Below are positions 8,362 through 16,247 of a DNA stretch of 64,000 nt, piece after piece. The translations under genes were made by a program, and so were the position numbers. The stretch comes from a virus (lineage: Duplodnaviria; Caudoviricetes). The notes under the pieces were generated by a model that did no database searches, had not been told where the DNA came from, and saw nothing but the letters and a program-made list of their open reading frames with translations. Within the stretch, counting starts at the first letter, position 1, and every line of letters begins with the position of its first letter. The stretch lies in IMG/VR virus record IMGVR_UViG_3300033407_000010, positions 217-64,216 of that record, one strand, 5' to 3'.

Positions 8362-10079
8362 CCACCGCGTACCAGCACGTCCCCCTGTCCGCCCTCTCGA
8401 TCGACAACGCCAACGTCCGCCGGACCGGCCGCGGCGCCGAGCCGCAATTCGCCGCGAGCATCCGCGCCAAGGGCGTCATCGAGCCGCTGACCGTTCGCAC
8501 GAACGGGAAGGGCTACACCATCACGAACGGCGGCAAGCGTTTCGAGGCGCTGCTGTTCTTGCGCGACAAGGGCGAGGCCGCCGCAGGCATCCCGGTCACC
8601 GGCGACTATCCGGTGCCGATCATCGTGCGCCAGGAGTCGGACGCGGACGCCCGCGAGACCAGCCTGATCACCAACGTCGTCCGGGCCGCCATGCACCCGG
8701 TCGACGAGCACCGCGCGTTCGCGGCGCTCTACCAGGAGGCACGGTCGGCGAAGGTGCCGCACGATGACGCGGTGGCGCTGATCGCGCGGCGGTACGCCAT
8801 CACGGCCAAGCGCGTCGAACAACGCCTCGCGCTTGGCGCGCTCGACCCGAAGATCCTCGACGCGTGGGCCGCCGGTGGAATCGCGACCGAAACCGCGCAG
8901 GCCTTCACGCTGTGCGGCGACAAGAAGAACCAGGTCCGCATCTTTGACAAGCTCACGAAGGACGGCAATGGCGCCGCAGCATGGCGCGTCAAGGATGCGC
9001 TCAAGATCGGCGGCCGGGACAACGCCGGCAAGCTTGTCGAGTTCATCGGAGCCGATGCCTACGAGGCCAGGGGCGGCAAGGTCACCCGCGACCTGTTCGG
9101 CACCGACCATGTCGTTTCAAATGAGAAGCTCGCCCGCGCAATGGCCGACGAGAAGCTCGAAGCGATCGCCAAGCAGCTGGTCGCCGACGGCTGGGCATGG
9201 GCCGAGACCGGCGCCGTCGCCAACGAGTACAGCTACGGGAGCATCCAGCCCGTCGGCAAGCCAACCGCCGACGAGAAGAAGCGGCTTGCCGAGTTGCAGG
9301 CCGTGATCAACGCGGCCGAGGACGCCGACAAGACGACACCGGAACAGGAGAAGGCCGCGGACGCCGCCTGCGAGGAGATCGAGCGCATCGAGGTCGCAAT
9401 CGAGGCGCGGGCGTTCACGCCGGCGCAGAAGGCCAAGGCCGGATGCTTCGTCCGCCTCGATTATCAGGGCGCGCTCGAGATCGTCTATGGCCGCGTGAAG
9501 CCGGCCGAGAAGCGCAAGGTCGAAGCGCAGGAACGTGCCGCGAAGAAGCCGAAGGGCAAGGACGGTACGCCGAAGGCCACGGTCTCCAACGCGCTCAAGC
9601 AGCGGCTGCGGACGCAGATGCTCAAGAGCACGAAGGCGGCGCTGGTCGCCGTCAAGTACGGCGACGGACTGGGGCTGATGCTGGCGCGGATCGTCGCGTC
9701 GCAGATCAATACCGATCGCACCTGGAACAGCGTCCCGCACGAGATCGAGCGGAGCCTGGCCGATATTCGCAACGGCATCACCGCCAAAGTGATGAACGAA
9801 GCGGCGCGCGCGGCGTTCGATGCCAAGGACTATTTCGCCAGCGTGCCGAAGTCGCTGTGCCTTGCCGCCGCGGCCGAGGCCGTGAACGCCGACGAGGCGC
9901 GCAAGATCGCCGGCAAGCCGAAGGCCGAGATCGCGAAGTGGTGCGTGGCGAACGTGCCGCGCACTGGTTGGCTGCCGCCTGTGCTCCGCACCGCGAATTA
10001 TGACGGACCGGCCGGGAAGGCGAAGGTGGTGGCGAAGAAAGCTGCGGTGAAGAAGAGCAAGACGAAGCGCGGGAAGTGA
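8358..10079 (+). CDS. Large ParB/Spo0J-family protein
   Basis: ANVRR...FAASIRAKGVIEPLTVR...ITNGGKRFEAL, ITNVVRAAMHPVDEHRAF, GGKVTRDLF. Confidence 0.85.
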   Translation: MTTAYQHVPLSALSIDNANVRRTGRGAEPQFAASIRAKGVIEPLTVRTNGKGYTITNGGKRFEALLFLRDKGEAAAGIPVTGDYPVPIIVRQESDADARETSLITNVVRAAMHPVDEHRAFAALYQEARSAKVPHDDAVALIARRYAITAKRVEQRLALGALDPKILDAWAAGGIATETAQAFTLCGDKKNQVRIFDKLTKDGNGAAAWRVKDALKIGGRDNAGKLVEFIGADAYEARGGKVTRDLFGTDHVVSNEKLARAMADEKLEAIAKQLVADGWAWAETGAVANEYSYGSIQPVGKPTADEKKRLAELQAVINAAEDADKTTPEQEKAADAACEEIERIEVAIEARAFTPAQKAKAGCFVRLDYQGALEIVYGRVKPAEKRKVEAQERAAKKPKGKDGTPKATVSNALKQRLRTQMLKSTKAALVAVKYGDGLGLMLARIVASQINTDRTWNSVPHEIERSLADIRNGITAKVMNEAARAAFDAKDYFASVPKSLCLAAAAEAVNADEARKIAGKPKAEIAKWCVANVPRTGWLPPVLRTANYDGPAGKAKVVAKKAAVKKSKTKRGK

Positions 10080-10468
10080 GTGCCAACACCATGACACGTC
10101 AGCCCCGCCGCCCATGGCCGGAAATCAAGCAGGCGACTTTCGCGGCCGTCGAGGCGGCCGCGCTCGCGGGCGAACGCTGCCCGATGCTGGACCAAGGCCT
10201 GAACCAGCGGGCGCTCACGGAGCTCGCGCGCGAAGGCAAGCTCGCGATCGAGATCAGCGCGCGCAACTGGCGCCGGGTGACGATCCAGGTGGGGCCGAAT
10301 GCTGGCAAGTCGACGGCTGGCAACCCGCTGCCGAAGGCGAGCGTGTACCTGACAATCGACAAGAGCGGCACCCGCCGCAGCTACGGTCGCTTGGTTGACA
10401 GCAGCGCAGCGGCCAGGCCGAAGCCATCGCTGGCGCGGTTGCCGGCGTCGTGGAGGGATGATCCGTGA
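10076..10468 (+). CDS. Hypothetical protein, paralog of 43253..43555
   Basis: AALAGERCP...RNWRRVTI..G...GKSTA shared with 43253 ORF. Confidence 0.65.
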   Translation: MSANTMTRQPRRPWPEIKQATFAAVEAAALAGERCPMLDQGLNQRALTELAREGKLAIEISARNWRRVTIQVGPNAGKSTAGNPLPKASVYLTIDKSGTRRSYGRLVDSSAAARPKPSLARLPASWRDDP

Positions 10469-10665
10469 CACTTAAGCAAGCACAAGCCCGCATCCGTCGC
10501 TTAGAAGCAGCGTTGCGTCCATTCGCGGATGAGGCGGACACATGGCTCGACCTCATATCCGACAAGTATCACCCAGGCGTAACGGAACCTCGTCAGAAGT
10601 TCAGCTACGCCAAAGCAGAGTTTTCGCTTGGTGACTTGCGAAGAGCGCGGCGGTTGCTCGCATGA
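10465..10665 (+). CDS. Hypothetical phage protein
   Basis: 66 aa; GTGA/ATGA overlaps. Confidence 0.55.
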   Translation: MTLKQAQARIRRLEAALRPFADEADTWLDLISDKYHPGVTEPRQKFSYAKAEFSLGDLRRARRLLA

Positions 10666-11021
10666 GCAAGCCCTTCGATATCGACGAGGAAGGTACCAAG
10701 GTCGTTGAAGGGCACATTGAACGTGTCCGCGCCACCGGCCTGACCGAAGCCGCCGATATGTTCGCCACACTCTACTGGGCATGGCTTCGCTTCACTGAAT
10801 CCTACGTGCTCGGCATCCCCTATGTCGAGAAGCCCGAAGACAAGATGACACCCTATCAAGGGCTGCACGTCGCGAACGGCACGCTCAACCATTGGGGCCC
10901 GCAAATCCCAGGCACGCCGAAGATCGACAACGAGGCCGTGCGATGGGACGCCGCCGTCGACGAAGAATGGCACAGGCAGGAAGACCGGCGCATGCGGCGG
11001 GAAGCTGGAGAGGATATCTGA
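10662..11021 (+). CDS. Hypothetical phage protein
   Basis: 119 aa; ATGA overlap. Confidence 0.55.
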   Translation: MSKPFDIDEEGTKVVEGHIERVRATGLTEAADMFATLYWAWLRFTESYVLGIPYVEKPEDKMTPYQGLHVANGTLNHWGPQIPGTPKIDNEAVRWDAAVDEEWHRQEDRRMRREAGEDI

Positions 11022-11022
11022 C

Positions 11023-11259
11023 ATGAGCCAACGCAGCATCATCGAAATCAACCACGACTATTATTCGCACGCCATCGATGTGAGGTCGGCAGATAAATTC
11101 GTTCCGCTTCTGATGAGGGCGCTGGCCAGCGGCTCAGACAATAGTTGGGAGCCACTTCGCCATTTCGGAATTACCAGAATCACACAGTGCCACCACTCCG
11201 AAGATCGCAAGGTCGTGGTCGGCAATGGTGCCATTACCCGCGAGTACCCGTTCAGATGA
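11023..11259 (+). CDS. Hypothetical phage protein
   Basis: 78 aa; GGAGG upstream. Confidence 0.55.
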   Translation: MSQRSIIEINHDYYSHAIDVRSADKFVPLLMRALASGSDNSWEPLRHFGITRITQCHHSEDRKVVVGNGAITREYPFR

Positions 11260-11624
11260 CCGACCTCGCCGTCATCATAACGGCGATATCGCGGACCGGC
11301 CTTGCCGACGCCCGGGTGCCGGCGCTCGGCCGCGGCATGTGCCTGCGGTCCAGCCGGACCCCGTTCCTGGACGCGGCCCGGGCGCTGGTGGCAGCCGGCT
11401 TTCCTGGGAATTCCGTCCTGGTCATGCGCCGCCAGGGGCAGGACGCCGTCACCCTGCGCGGCCGGATCGGTCCGGCCTCCCGGCTGACCATTAAAGAGAC
11501 CCCCTTCGGCCCTAAACTGGCACCCTACAATGCCTTCCCAACTCGCCCGGAGGCACCCCACAGCGAGTTCCAGGAGGAGGCGGCTACCGAACACCGGGCT
11601 GAGCCCGGCGAGCCACACGGGTAG
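11256..11624 (+). CDS. Hypothetical protein
   Basis: MTDLAVII...SSRTPFLDAARALVAAGFP; ATGA overlap. Confidence 0.55.
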   Translation: MTDLAVIITAISRTGLADARVPALGRGMCLRSSRTPFLDAARALVAAGFPGNSVLVMRRQGQDAVTLRGRIGPASRLTIKETPFGPKLAPYNAFPTRPEAPHSEFQEEAATEHRAEPGEPHG

Positions 11625-11627
11625 CTT

Positions 11628-11786
11628 ATGCGGCACCCCCGGCAACCCCTCAAAAGCGGCCCTCCGGAGCCCAAGCCGGCGCCGCCCGCGCCTGTGGTTA
11701 ACGTCGCCAGGGCCATTGCCCGGATGATGGCCCGCGAGGATCATGACCGCGAGGCCGATAGTTTTACCCAAACCGACCCAAAATGA
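11628..11786 (+). CDS. 52-aa ORF coupled to the integrase (possible directionality or regulatory factor)
   Basis: MRHPRQPLKSGPPEPKPAPPAPVVNVARAIARMMAREDHDREADSFTQTDPK*; TGA overlaps integrase ATG; translated by hand. Confidence 0.5.
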   Translation: MRHPRQPLKSGPPEPKPAPPAPVVNVARAIARMMAREDHDREADSFTQTDPK

Positions 11787-13447
11787 CCCGCGCCGCGATC
11801 TACGCCCGCTTCTCCTCCGAGCTCCAAAGCGATCGCTCGATCGACGACCAGGTCGTGCTCTGCCGGGAGTACGCAGCCCGTCACGGCTGGACCGTGACCG
11901 AAGCCTACGCCGATTACGCCGTGTCCGGATCGTCGGTGCACGGTCGCTTCGCCTTCGAGCGCCTGGTGGCCGACGCTCGCGCGGGGCGCTTCGACATCAT
12001 CCTCGCCGAAGATCTCGATCGGCTCTCGCGCAACCAGGCCGACATTGCCGGACTCTATGAGCGCATGCAGTTCGCCGGCGTGAAGCTGTGGACCGTGGGC
12101 GACGGCGAAATCTCCGAGATGCACATCGGCCTCAAAGGCACGATGAGCGCGCTGTTTCTCAAAGCCCTCGTGTTGAAGATCCACCGCGGCATGGCCGGCC
12201 GCGTGCGCGCCGGCAAGAACCCCGGCGGCATCGCCTACGGTTACCGTGCCGTCAGGATGATCGACGACCGCGGTGAGCCGGTGCGCGGCGAGCGCTCGAT
12301 CGACGAGCAGGAGGCCGCCGTCGTCCGGCGCATCTTCGCCGACACGCTGTCGGGGAAGACACCGCGCGAGATCGCGGCCGCGCTCAACAGCGATGGCGTG
12401 CCGAGCCCGCGCGGCGGCCACTGGAACGCCTCGACGATCCACGGCTCGCGCAAGCGCGGTACCGGCATCCTGCGCCAGGAGCTCTACGCCGGCCGGATGG
12501 TCTGGAACCGCCAGCGGTTCGTGAAGAACCCCGACACCGGCCGCCGGGTCACGCGCACGAACACGGCCGCCCAGCATCAAGCCGCCGACGTGCCGCAGCT
12601 GCGGATCGTGGACGACGGCGATTGGCTCAAGGTGCAGGCGCTGTTGGTGGCGCGCGGCGGGCCGCATGCGTCTCATGCCCGCAAGTCGCCGCATATCTTT
12701 TCGGGCCTGATGCGGTGCGGCGTCTGCTGCGGCAAGTACGTTTCCGCCGGCGGCAGCAAGTACCCGCGGTTCATCTGCTCGCGGCGCAAGGAGAGCGGCA
12801 CCTGCACGAACACCAGGATCGTCTCGGCCAGGATCATCGAGGACCGCACGCTCGCCGCTCTCGAGCGCGACCTGCTCGACGAGCGGCTGGTTGCCGAGGT
12901 CGTGCGCGAATACACGATCGAGCGCCAGCGTCTCAAGTCGAGTCGGCGGCAGCACGAACGGCGGGCGGCGAATCGTCTAGGCGAGATCGACCGGGCGGTG
13001 CGCGGGCTTGTCGCTCTGGTGGAAGCCGGTGCGGATCCCGCCTCCGTCATGCCGCGTCTGCGCGAGCTCGAAGGCGAGCGCGCCGCCATCAAGGCGGAGC
13101 GGCCGCATCCCGGCCGCGAGGTCATCGAGCTTCATCCCGGCATCGGCGATCGCTACCGCGCAATCGTGCGCGACTTGCGCGCGTCGCTTGGCACCAGGAC
13201 CGCGGACCGCAAGATTGACGTCATCGCGTCGGTGCGCAGCCTGGTCGACCGGATCGTGGTCTACCCGCACGATGACCCGGCCGGACGCGACCTTGAGCTC
13301 GTGGGCCAGCTCGCGGGGCTTCTCGGTACGGCCGAGCAGGTGGTTTCTGGTATGATGGCCGTGGTAGCGGGGGAGGGATTTGGGCGCCCTCATACCAGCG
13401 GCCGGTTCCAGCCGGTGATCATCCCGTTCCGCTCGGTGGCCGCGTAG
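11783..13447 (+). CDS. Large serine recombinase (phage integrase)
   Basis: AAIYARFSSELQ catalytic motif, ILAEDLDRLSRN, YAGRMVWNR recombinase domain, Zn ribbon FSGLMRCGVC...FIC...C, coiled coil. Confidence 0.95.
   Translation: MTRAAIYARFSSELQSDRSIDDQVVLCREYAARHGWTVTEAYADYAVSGSSVHGRFAFERLVADARAGRFDIILAEDLDRLSRNQADIAGLYERMQFAGVKLWTVGDGEISEMHIGLKGTMSALFLKALVLKIHRGMAGRVRAGKNPGGIAYGYRAVRMIDDRGEPVRGERSIDEQEAAVVRRIFADTLSGKTPREIAAALNSDGVPSPRGGHWNASTIHGSRKRGTGILRQELYAGRMVWNRQRFVKNPDTGRRVTRTNTAAQHQAADVPQLRIVDDGDWLKVQALLVARGGPHASHARKSPHIFSGLMRCGVCCGKYVSAGGSKYPRFICSRRKESGTCTNTRIVSARIIEDRTLAALERDLLDERLVAEVVREYTIERQRLKSSRRQHERRAANRLGEIDRAVRGLVALVEAGADPASVMPRLRELEGERAAIKAERPHPGREVIELHPGIGDRYRAIVRDLRASLGTRTADRKIDVIASVRSLVDRIVVYPHDDPAGRDLELVGQLAGLLGTAEQVVSGMMAVVAGEGFGRPHTSGRFQPVIIPFRSVAA
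13362..13381 (-). other. Putative attP core identical in layout to a tRNA 3' end
   Basis: Reverse complement AAAT-CCCTC-CCCCGCT-A-CCA parses exactly as T-loop end, 5-nt T stem, 7-nt acceptor strand, discriminator, CCA; lies inside integrase codons VVAGEGF. Confidence 0.75.
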
Positions 13448-13452
13448 AACAC

Positions 13453-13492
13453 AAAAAAAAGCCCCGCCACCCGGCGAACCGGACAGCGGGGC
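13453..13492 (-). terminator. Intrinsic terminator (minus strand)
   Basis: Minus strand GCCCCGC-TGT-CCGG-TTCG-CCGG-GTG-GCGGGGC followed by T8. Confidence 0.8.
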
Positions 13493-13505
13493 ATGTAGCC
13501 ACGCG

Positions 13506-13700
13506 GTGGGGGGATGTGAAGTGATGACTTGGGCCAGGCGCATGACCAACGAAGAACTTCGATCGGAGGAGTACGACTTAAAACAGCATATTGATTCTGG
13601 CGAGCGCGACGGCATCGCAGCAAGCCGATGGGCGGTCGATAGGTTGGATAAGATCTCAACCGAGCAGCGTCGGAGGGTTAACCCACCTAAAGCGATGTAA
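13506..13700 (+). CDS. Hypothetical protein
   Basis: 64 aa ORF; true start probably internal (MT...). Confidence 0.4.
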   Translation: MGGCEVMTWARRMTNEELRSEEYDLKQHIDSGERDGIAASRWAVDRLDKISTEQRRRVNPPKAM

Positions 13701-13710
13701 CAATTCGTGA

Positions 13711-13761
13711 TTAGGCTACTGCCTAACAGGACTCGACTTAGGCAAAAGCCTAATATAGATT
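13711..13761 (+). promoter_or_regulatory. Sigma70-type promoter with two palindromic operators
   Basis: TTAGGC-tact-GCCTAA 13711-13726 and TTAGGC-aaaa-GCCTAA 13738-13753; -35 TCGACT 13733-13738, 17-bp spacer, -10 TAGATT 13756-13761. Confidence 0.75.
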
Positions 13762-13824
13762 ATTGACTGTCAGCAGGAGCTGACGCCCGGCGCCTCGTGG
13801 GTTTCAGGGGTGGAGACAGACCCG

Positions 13825-14178
13825 ATGACACGCTATATCGCATCGATCGACAACGACATGAACATCAACTCCAAAAACCCAACCGCATGGCGGGTCAGCG
13901 TTTTCCCAGAGACCCTGGACGCCCCGTGGACGCGTCCTGCTGGCCAGTGGTTTCAAATCGTCCCGGTGCATAACAACAGCCGGACAGACCGCGCCTGTTT
14001 CGAATCGCGCCGCGAGGCGCTGATCGCTATCCTCGATTTCATCGGCACTCCGTGCGTGATCCGCGACACGCAATTCGGCATGGAGGAATCTTTGATCGTG
14101 ACAGGGCACGGCGCTAAATCACCGGCGCGCGTCGTGGCCTCACGGTCGGCAAGCGGCACGTTTGTGCAGGATCGATAA
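13825..14178 (+). CDS. Orphan protein, first gene of the accessory operon (anti-defence candidate)
   Basis: 117 aa from ATG 13825 with GGAG RBS. Confidence 0.65.
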   Translation: MTRYIASIDNDMNINSKNPTAWRVSVFPETLDAPWTRPAGQWFQIVPVHNNSRTDRACFESRREALIAILDFIGTPCVIRDTQFGMEESLIVTGHGAKSPARVVASRSASGTFVQDR

Positions 14179-14189
14179 ATGATCCCAAC

Positions 14190-14276
14190 CCGTTCCCCGC
14201 ACACGCGGGGATGAACCGAGCACCGGACGCAGAGGCCGCAGAGGCCGCCGTTCCCCGCACACGCGGGGATGCTCGC
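14190..14276 (+). CRISPR. Cas-less type I-E CRISPR mini-array (full repeat, 29-nt spacer, 3'-degenerate repeat)
   Basis: CCGTTCCCCGCACACGCGGGGATGAACCG 14190-14218; spacer AGCACCGGACGCAGAGGCCGCAGAGGCCG 14219-14247; second copy identical for 24 nt from 14248; stem CCCCGC/GCGGGG and ATGAACCG handle typical of I-E. Confidence 0.9.
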
Positions 14277-14391
14277 TTGACGGCCCCGCCGTCCGCAAGT
14301 TCCGGGAGGCCACTGGCCTCCCCCTGAAGCGCCGCACTACAGAGCGAATGACGCTCGCAACGGGCAACCCCGCCCTTTGATGGAGAGACAG

Positions 14392-14685
14392 ATGACCGAT
14401 CTTGAAGCCCTGGTTTCGATATCTCAAACCGCGATGCGCGCCCGTGGTCAGTGGTGCGTGGATGGTATTGACGAAACCCTTCGGCGCGACATTCGCGCCA
14501 TGGTCGGGGATTGCGCCAAACTGCTGGGGCTTTCGATGGATTATTCGGAAACGCTTGAAGGCATGGCCGTGCGAGAACTTGAGCGACGCGCCACACCCGG
14601 CAGCATTGAGTGCCCCCATTGTCATTGGGGCTTTGCACCGGCTGTGGTCGATCAGCATATCCGCGAAAAGCACGGGGAGGGCTGA
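14392..14685 (+). CDS. Small orphan protein with C-terminal C2H2-like zinc finger
   Basis: CPHC...VDQHIREKH; GGAGAG RBS. Confidence 0.65.
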   Translation: MTDLEALVSISQTAMRARGQWCVDGIDETLRRDIRAMVGDCAKLLGLSMDYSETLEGMAVRELERRATPGSIECPHCHWGFAPAVVDQHIREKHGEG

Positions 14686-14688
14686 GCC

Positions 14689-14889
14689 ATGGAGCCCAAG
14701 ATTTTGAAGGATGGCAGGGAAACCTACGCCGTGATTGGCGCATCCGGCGCCCGCGCAGGATCCATCCAGCGGGTTGGCCCGAAGAATGGTGGAATGTGGG
14801 AGGTCCAGATGCTCGCCTCCCCGCGTGAAATGGTTCGATTTTTTAAGGATGCCAAGGCAGAAGCCATCGAACTGGCGCGGAGGTATTGA
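14689..14889 (+). CDS. Small orphan protein
   Basis: 66 aa; GGAGGG RBS. Confidence 0.65.
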   Translation: MEPKILKDGRETYAVIGASGARAGSIQRVGPKNGGMWEVQMLASPREMVRFFKDAKAEAIELARRY

Positions 14890-14933
14890 GCCATGCCGCC
14901 GGGTGCCGACGTTCTCCAATGGGAACACCTGCC

Positions 14934-15149
14934 ATGACCCCTCGCCAATTCGCCGCTATCAGAAAGCGCCTCGGCCTGTCGGCTTACGCGATGGGCAAGG
15001 CGCTTGGGTACGAGGGCAACCGCAACACGTTGCAGGTCGGAATCAGGAAATACGAATCAGGCGAACGGGAATTGCCGCCGTGGATCGCCCGGCTCGCTGA
15101 GATGTACGACGCGCACGGCGTACCGGGAAAATATCTGCCGGACGCGTGA
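14934..15149 (+). CDS. XRE-like HTH regulator (Aca-like position)
   Basis: MTPRQFAAIRKRLGLSAYAMGKALGY...IRKYESGERELP. Confidence 0.8.
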   Translation: MTPRQFAAIRKRLGLSAYAMGKALGYEGNRNTLQVGIRKYESGERELPPWIARLAEMYDAHGVPGKYLPDA

Positions 15150-15249
15150 TGCATTGCCCCCTAGATTGTGTTAGGGTGATTGAGATGAAACTTGCAGAGC
15201 AGTTGGAAGCCGCCAAGGCCGAAGTCGCTACTCACAGGCGGTGCGTGTG

Positions 15250-15480
15250 ATGCCCGGGCACTTTCCTTCGGGATCATCCCGCATTGACCGGCGGGACGCG
15301 CGAGTGAAGCGCGTTCACATTGTGAACGGCGGGAACACGACACTCTGCAATCGCCCGAAAACTGAGGGCGACATAGTGGTCACACTCTATAGCTCCGTCG
15401 GTGAGCGCGCGCAGCCATCCAACACTTGCAAGGTGTGCAGGAGGGTCTGGAAGGGCCACCACCGATCATCGTTCCAGTAG
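15250..15480 (+). CDS. Hypothetical Cys-containing protein
   Basis: TLCNRP...TCKVCRRVW; last + gene before convergent late operon. Confidence 0.4.
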   Translation: MPGHFPSGSSRIDRRDARVKRVHIVNGGNTTLCNRPKTEGDIVVTLYSSVGERAQPSNTCKVCRRVWKGHHRSSFQ

Positions 15481-15536
15481 CGCCCGGCACGCACTGACGC
15501 CCCGCCCGTAGTTCTAGCTGGCACGCTTCACCTTGA

Positions 15537-15758
15537 TCACGCAGGCTCGCCGTCCTTCGTACACTGAAACTTTGAATGAACTTCCATTTCCCATGCCCCC
15601 TTGACGGCACCGCGAATCCAATCCTGAGCGCGTGGCGTCATCTTCTCAGCGAACGCTTGGCACGCCGCCATAGTCTTGAACTTTGTCGCGTCTTGAATCT
15701 GTGCCGGCGCTGGGCCTTGCGGAGTCATCACGAGAAATAGCCAAACGAGGGTGAACAT
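15537..15758 (-). CDS. Small exported protein
   Basis: Hydrophobic N-terminus MFTLVWLFLVM; two Cys. Confidence 0.6.
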   Translation of the reverse strand: MFTLVWLFLVMTPQGPAPAQIQDATKFKTMAACQAFAEKMTPRAQDWIRGAVKGAWEMEVHSKFQCTKDGEPA

Positions 15759-15774
15759 ATGGGTTAGCCCCCTC

Positions 15775-15888
15775 TTATTTCACAGCGAGTAAGTAAATCC
15801 AAAACCCGCCGCCAATCACCGCGCTGACGAAAACAACGACGATGCCGACGATCAAGATATCGACGGCGTGCTCTATGGTGACGCGCAT
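15775..15888 (-). CDS. 37-aa membrane peptide
   Basis: MRVTIEHAVDILIVGIVVVFVSAVIGGGFWIYLLAVK; TAATG overlap. Confidence 0.5.
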   Translation of the reverse strand: MRVTIEHAVDILIVGIVVVFVSAVIGGGFWIYLLAVK

Positions 15889-16061
15889 TAGTGCAACGGG
15901 GGGCCGAACGTCTTCCACCCAAGCAAGAGCAGAAGGACGAACAGCAGAACGGTGTTGCCAATCGGGCCGTAGTGGCCAACGGCATTGCCGGGCCAGTTCC
16001 ACGCCAGCCCGAACACAAACCACAGCAGCATCAGAATCCAGAACAGAAGTCCCATCGACAT
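15888..16061 (-). CDS. 57-aa two-TM membrane protein
   Basis: MSMGLLFWILMLLWFVFGLAWNW...LLFVLLLLLGWKTFGPPLH; translated by hand. Confidence 0.65.
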   Translation of the reverse strand: MSMGLLFWILMLLWFVFGLAWNWPGNAVGHYGPIGNTVLLFVLLLLLGWKTFGPPLH

Positions 16062-16073
16062 TGCCAGTCTCCT

Positions 16074-16238
16074 TTAGAGTTTCCCGAGCAGAACGAGAAT
16101 CAGCACGACAACCAGCACGGTGCCGAGACTGATCCCGCCGTAGTGGCCCGTCCCGTAAAAGTGCCCGCCGCCGATTCCGCTGAACCCGCCGAGCAGCAGC
16201 ACGACAAGAAGAATGAGCAAGATCGTTCCGAGTGACAT
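16074..16238 (-). CDS. DUF3309-like small membrane protein
   Basis: MSLGTILLILLVVLLLGG...YGGISLGTVLVVVLILVLLGKL; GGAGG RBS. Confidence 0.75.
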   Translation of the reverse strand: MSLGTILLILLVVLLLGGFSGIGGGHFYGTGHYGGISLGTVLVVVLILVLLGKL

Positions 16239-16247
16239 GATAGCCTC

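Noticed and set aside
11741-12955. Long antisense or alternate-frame ORFs (for example 11741..12955 -, 28927..30948 +, 38869..40485 +, 53855..55939 +)
   Set aside because: Shadows of well-supported genes in high-GC DNA; no motifs of their own
13362-13381. Possible tRNA gene
   Set aside because: Only the last 20 nt are present; no D arm or anticodon arm; treated as att core
13825-15480. cas genes accompanying the array
   Set aside because: All nearby ORFs are under 125 aa with no RAMP, Cas3 or Cas1 motifs
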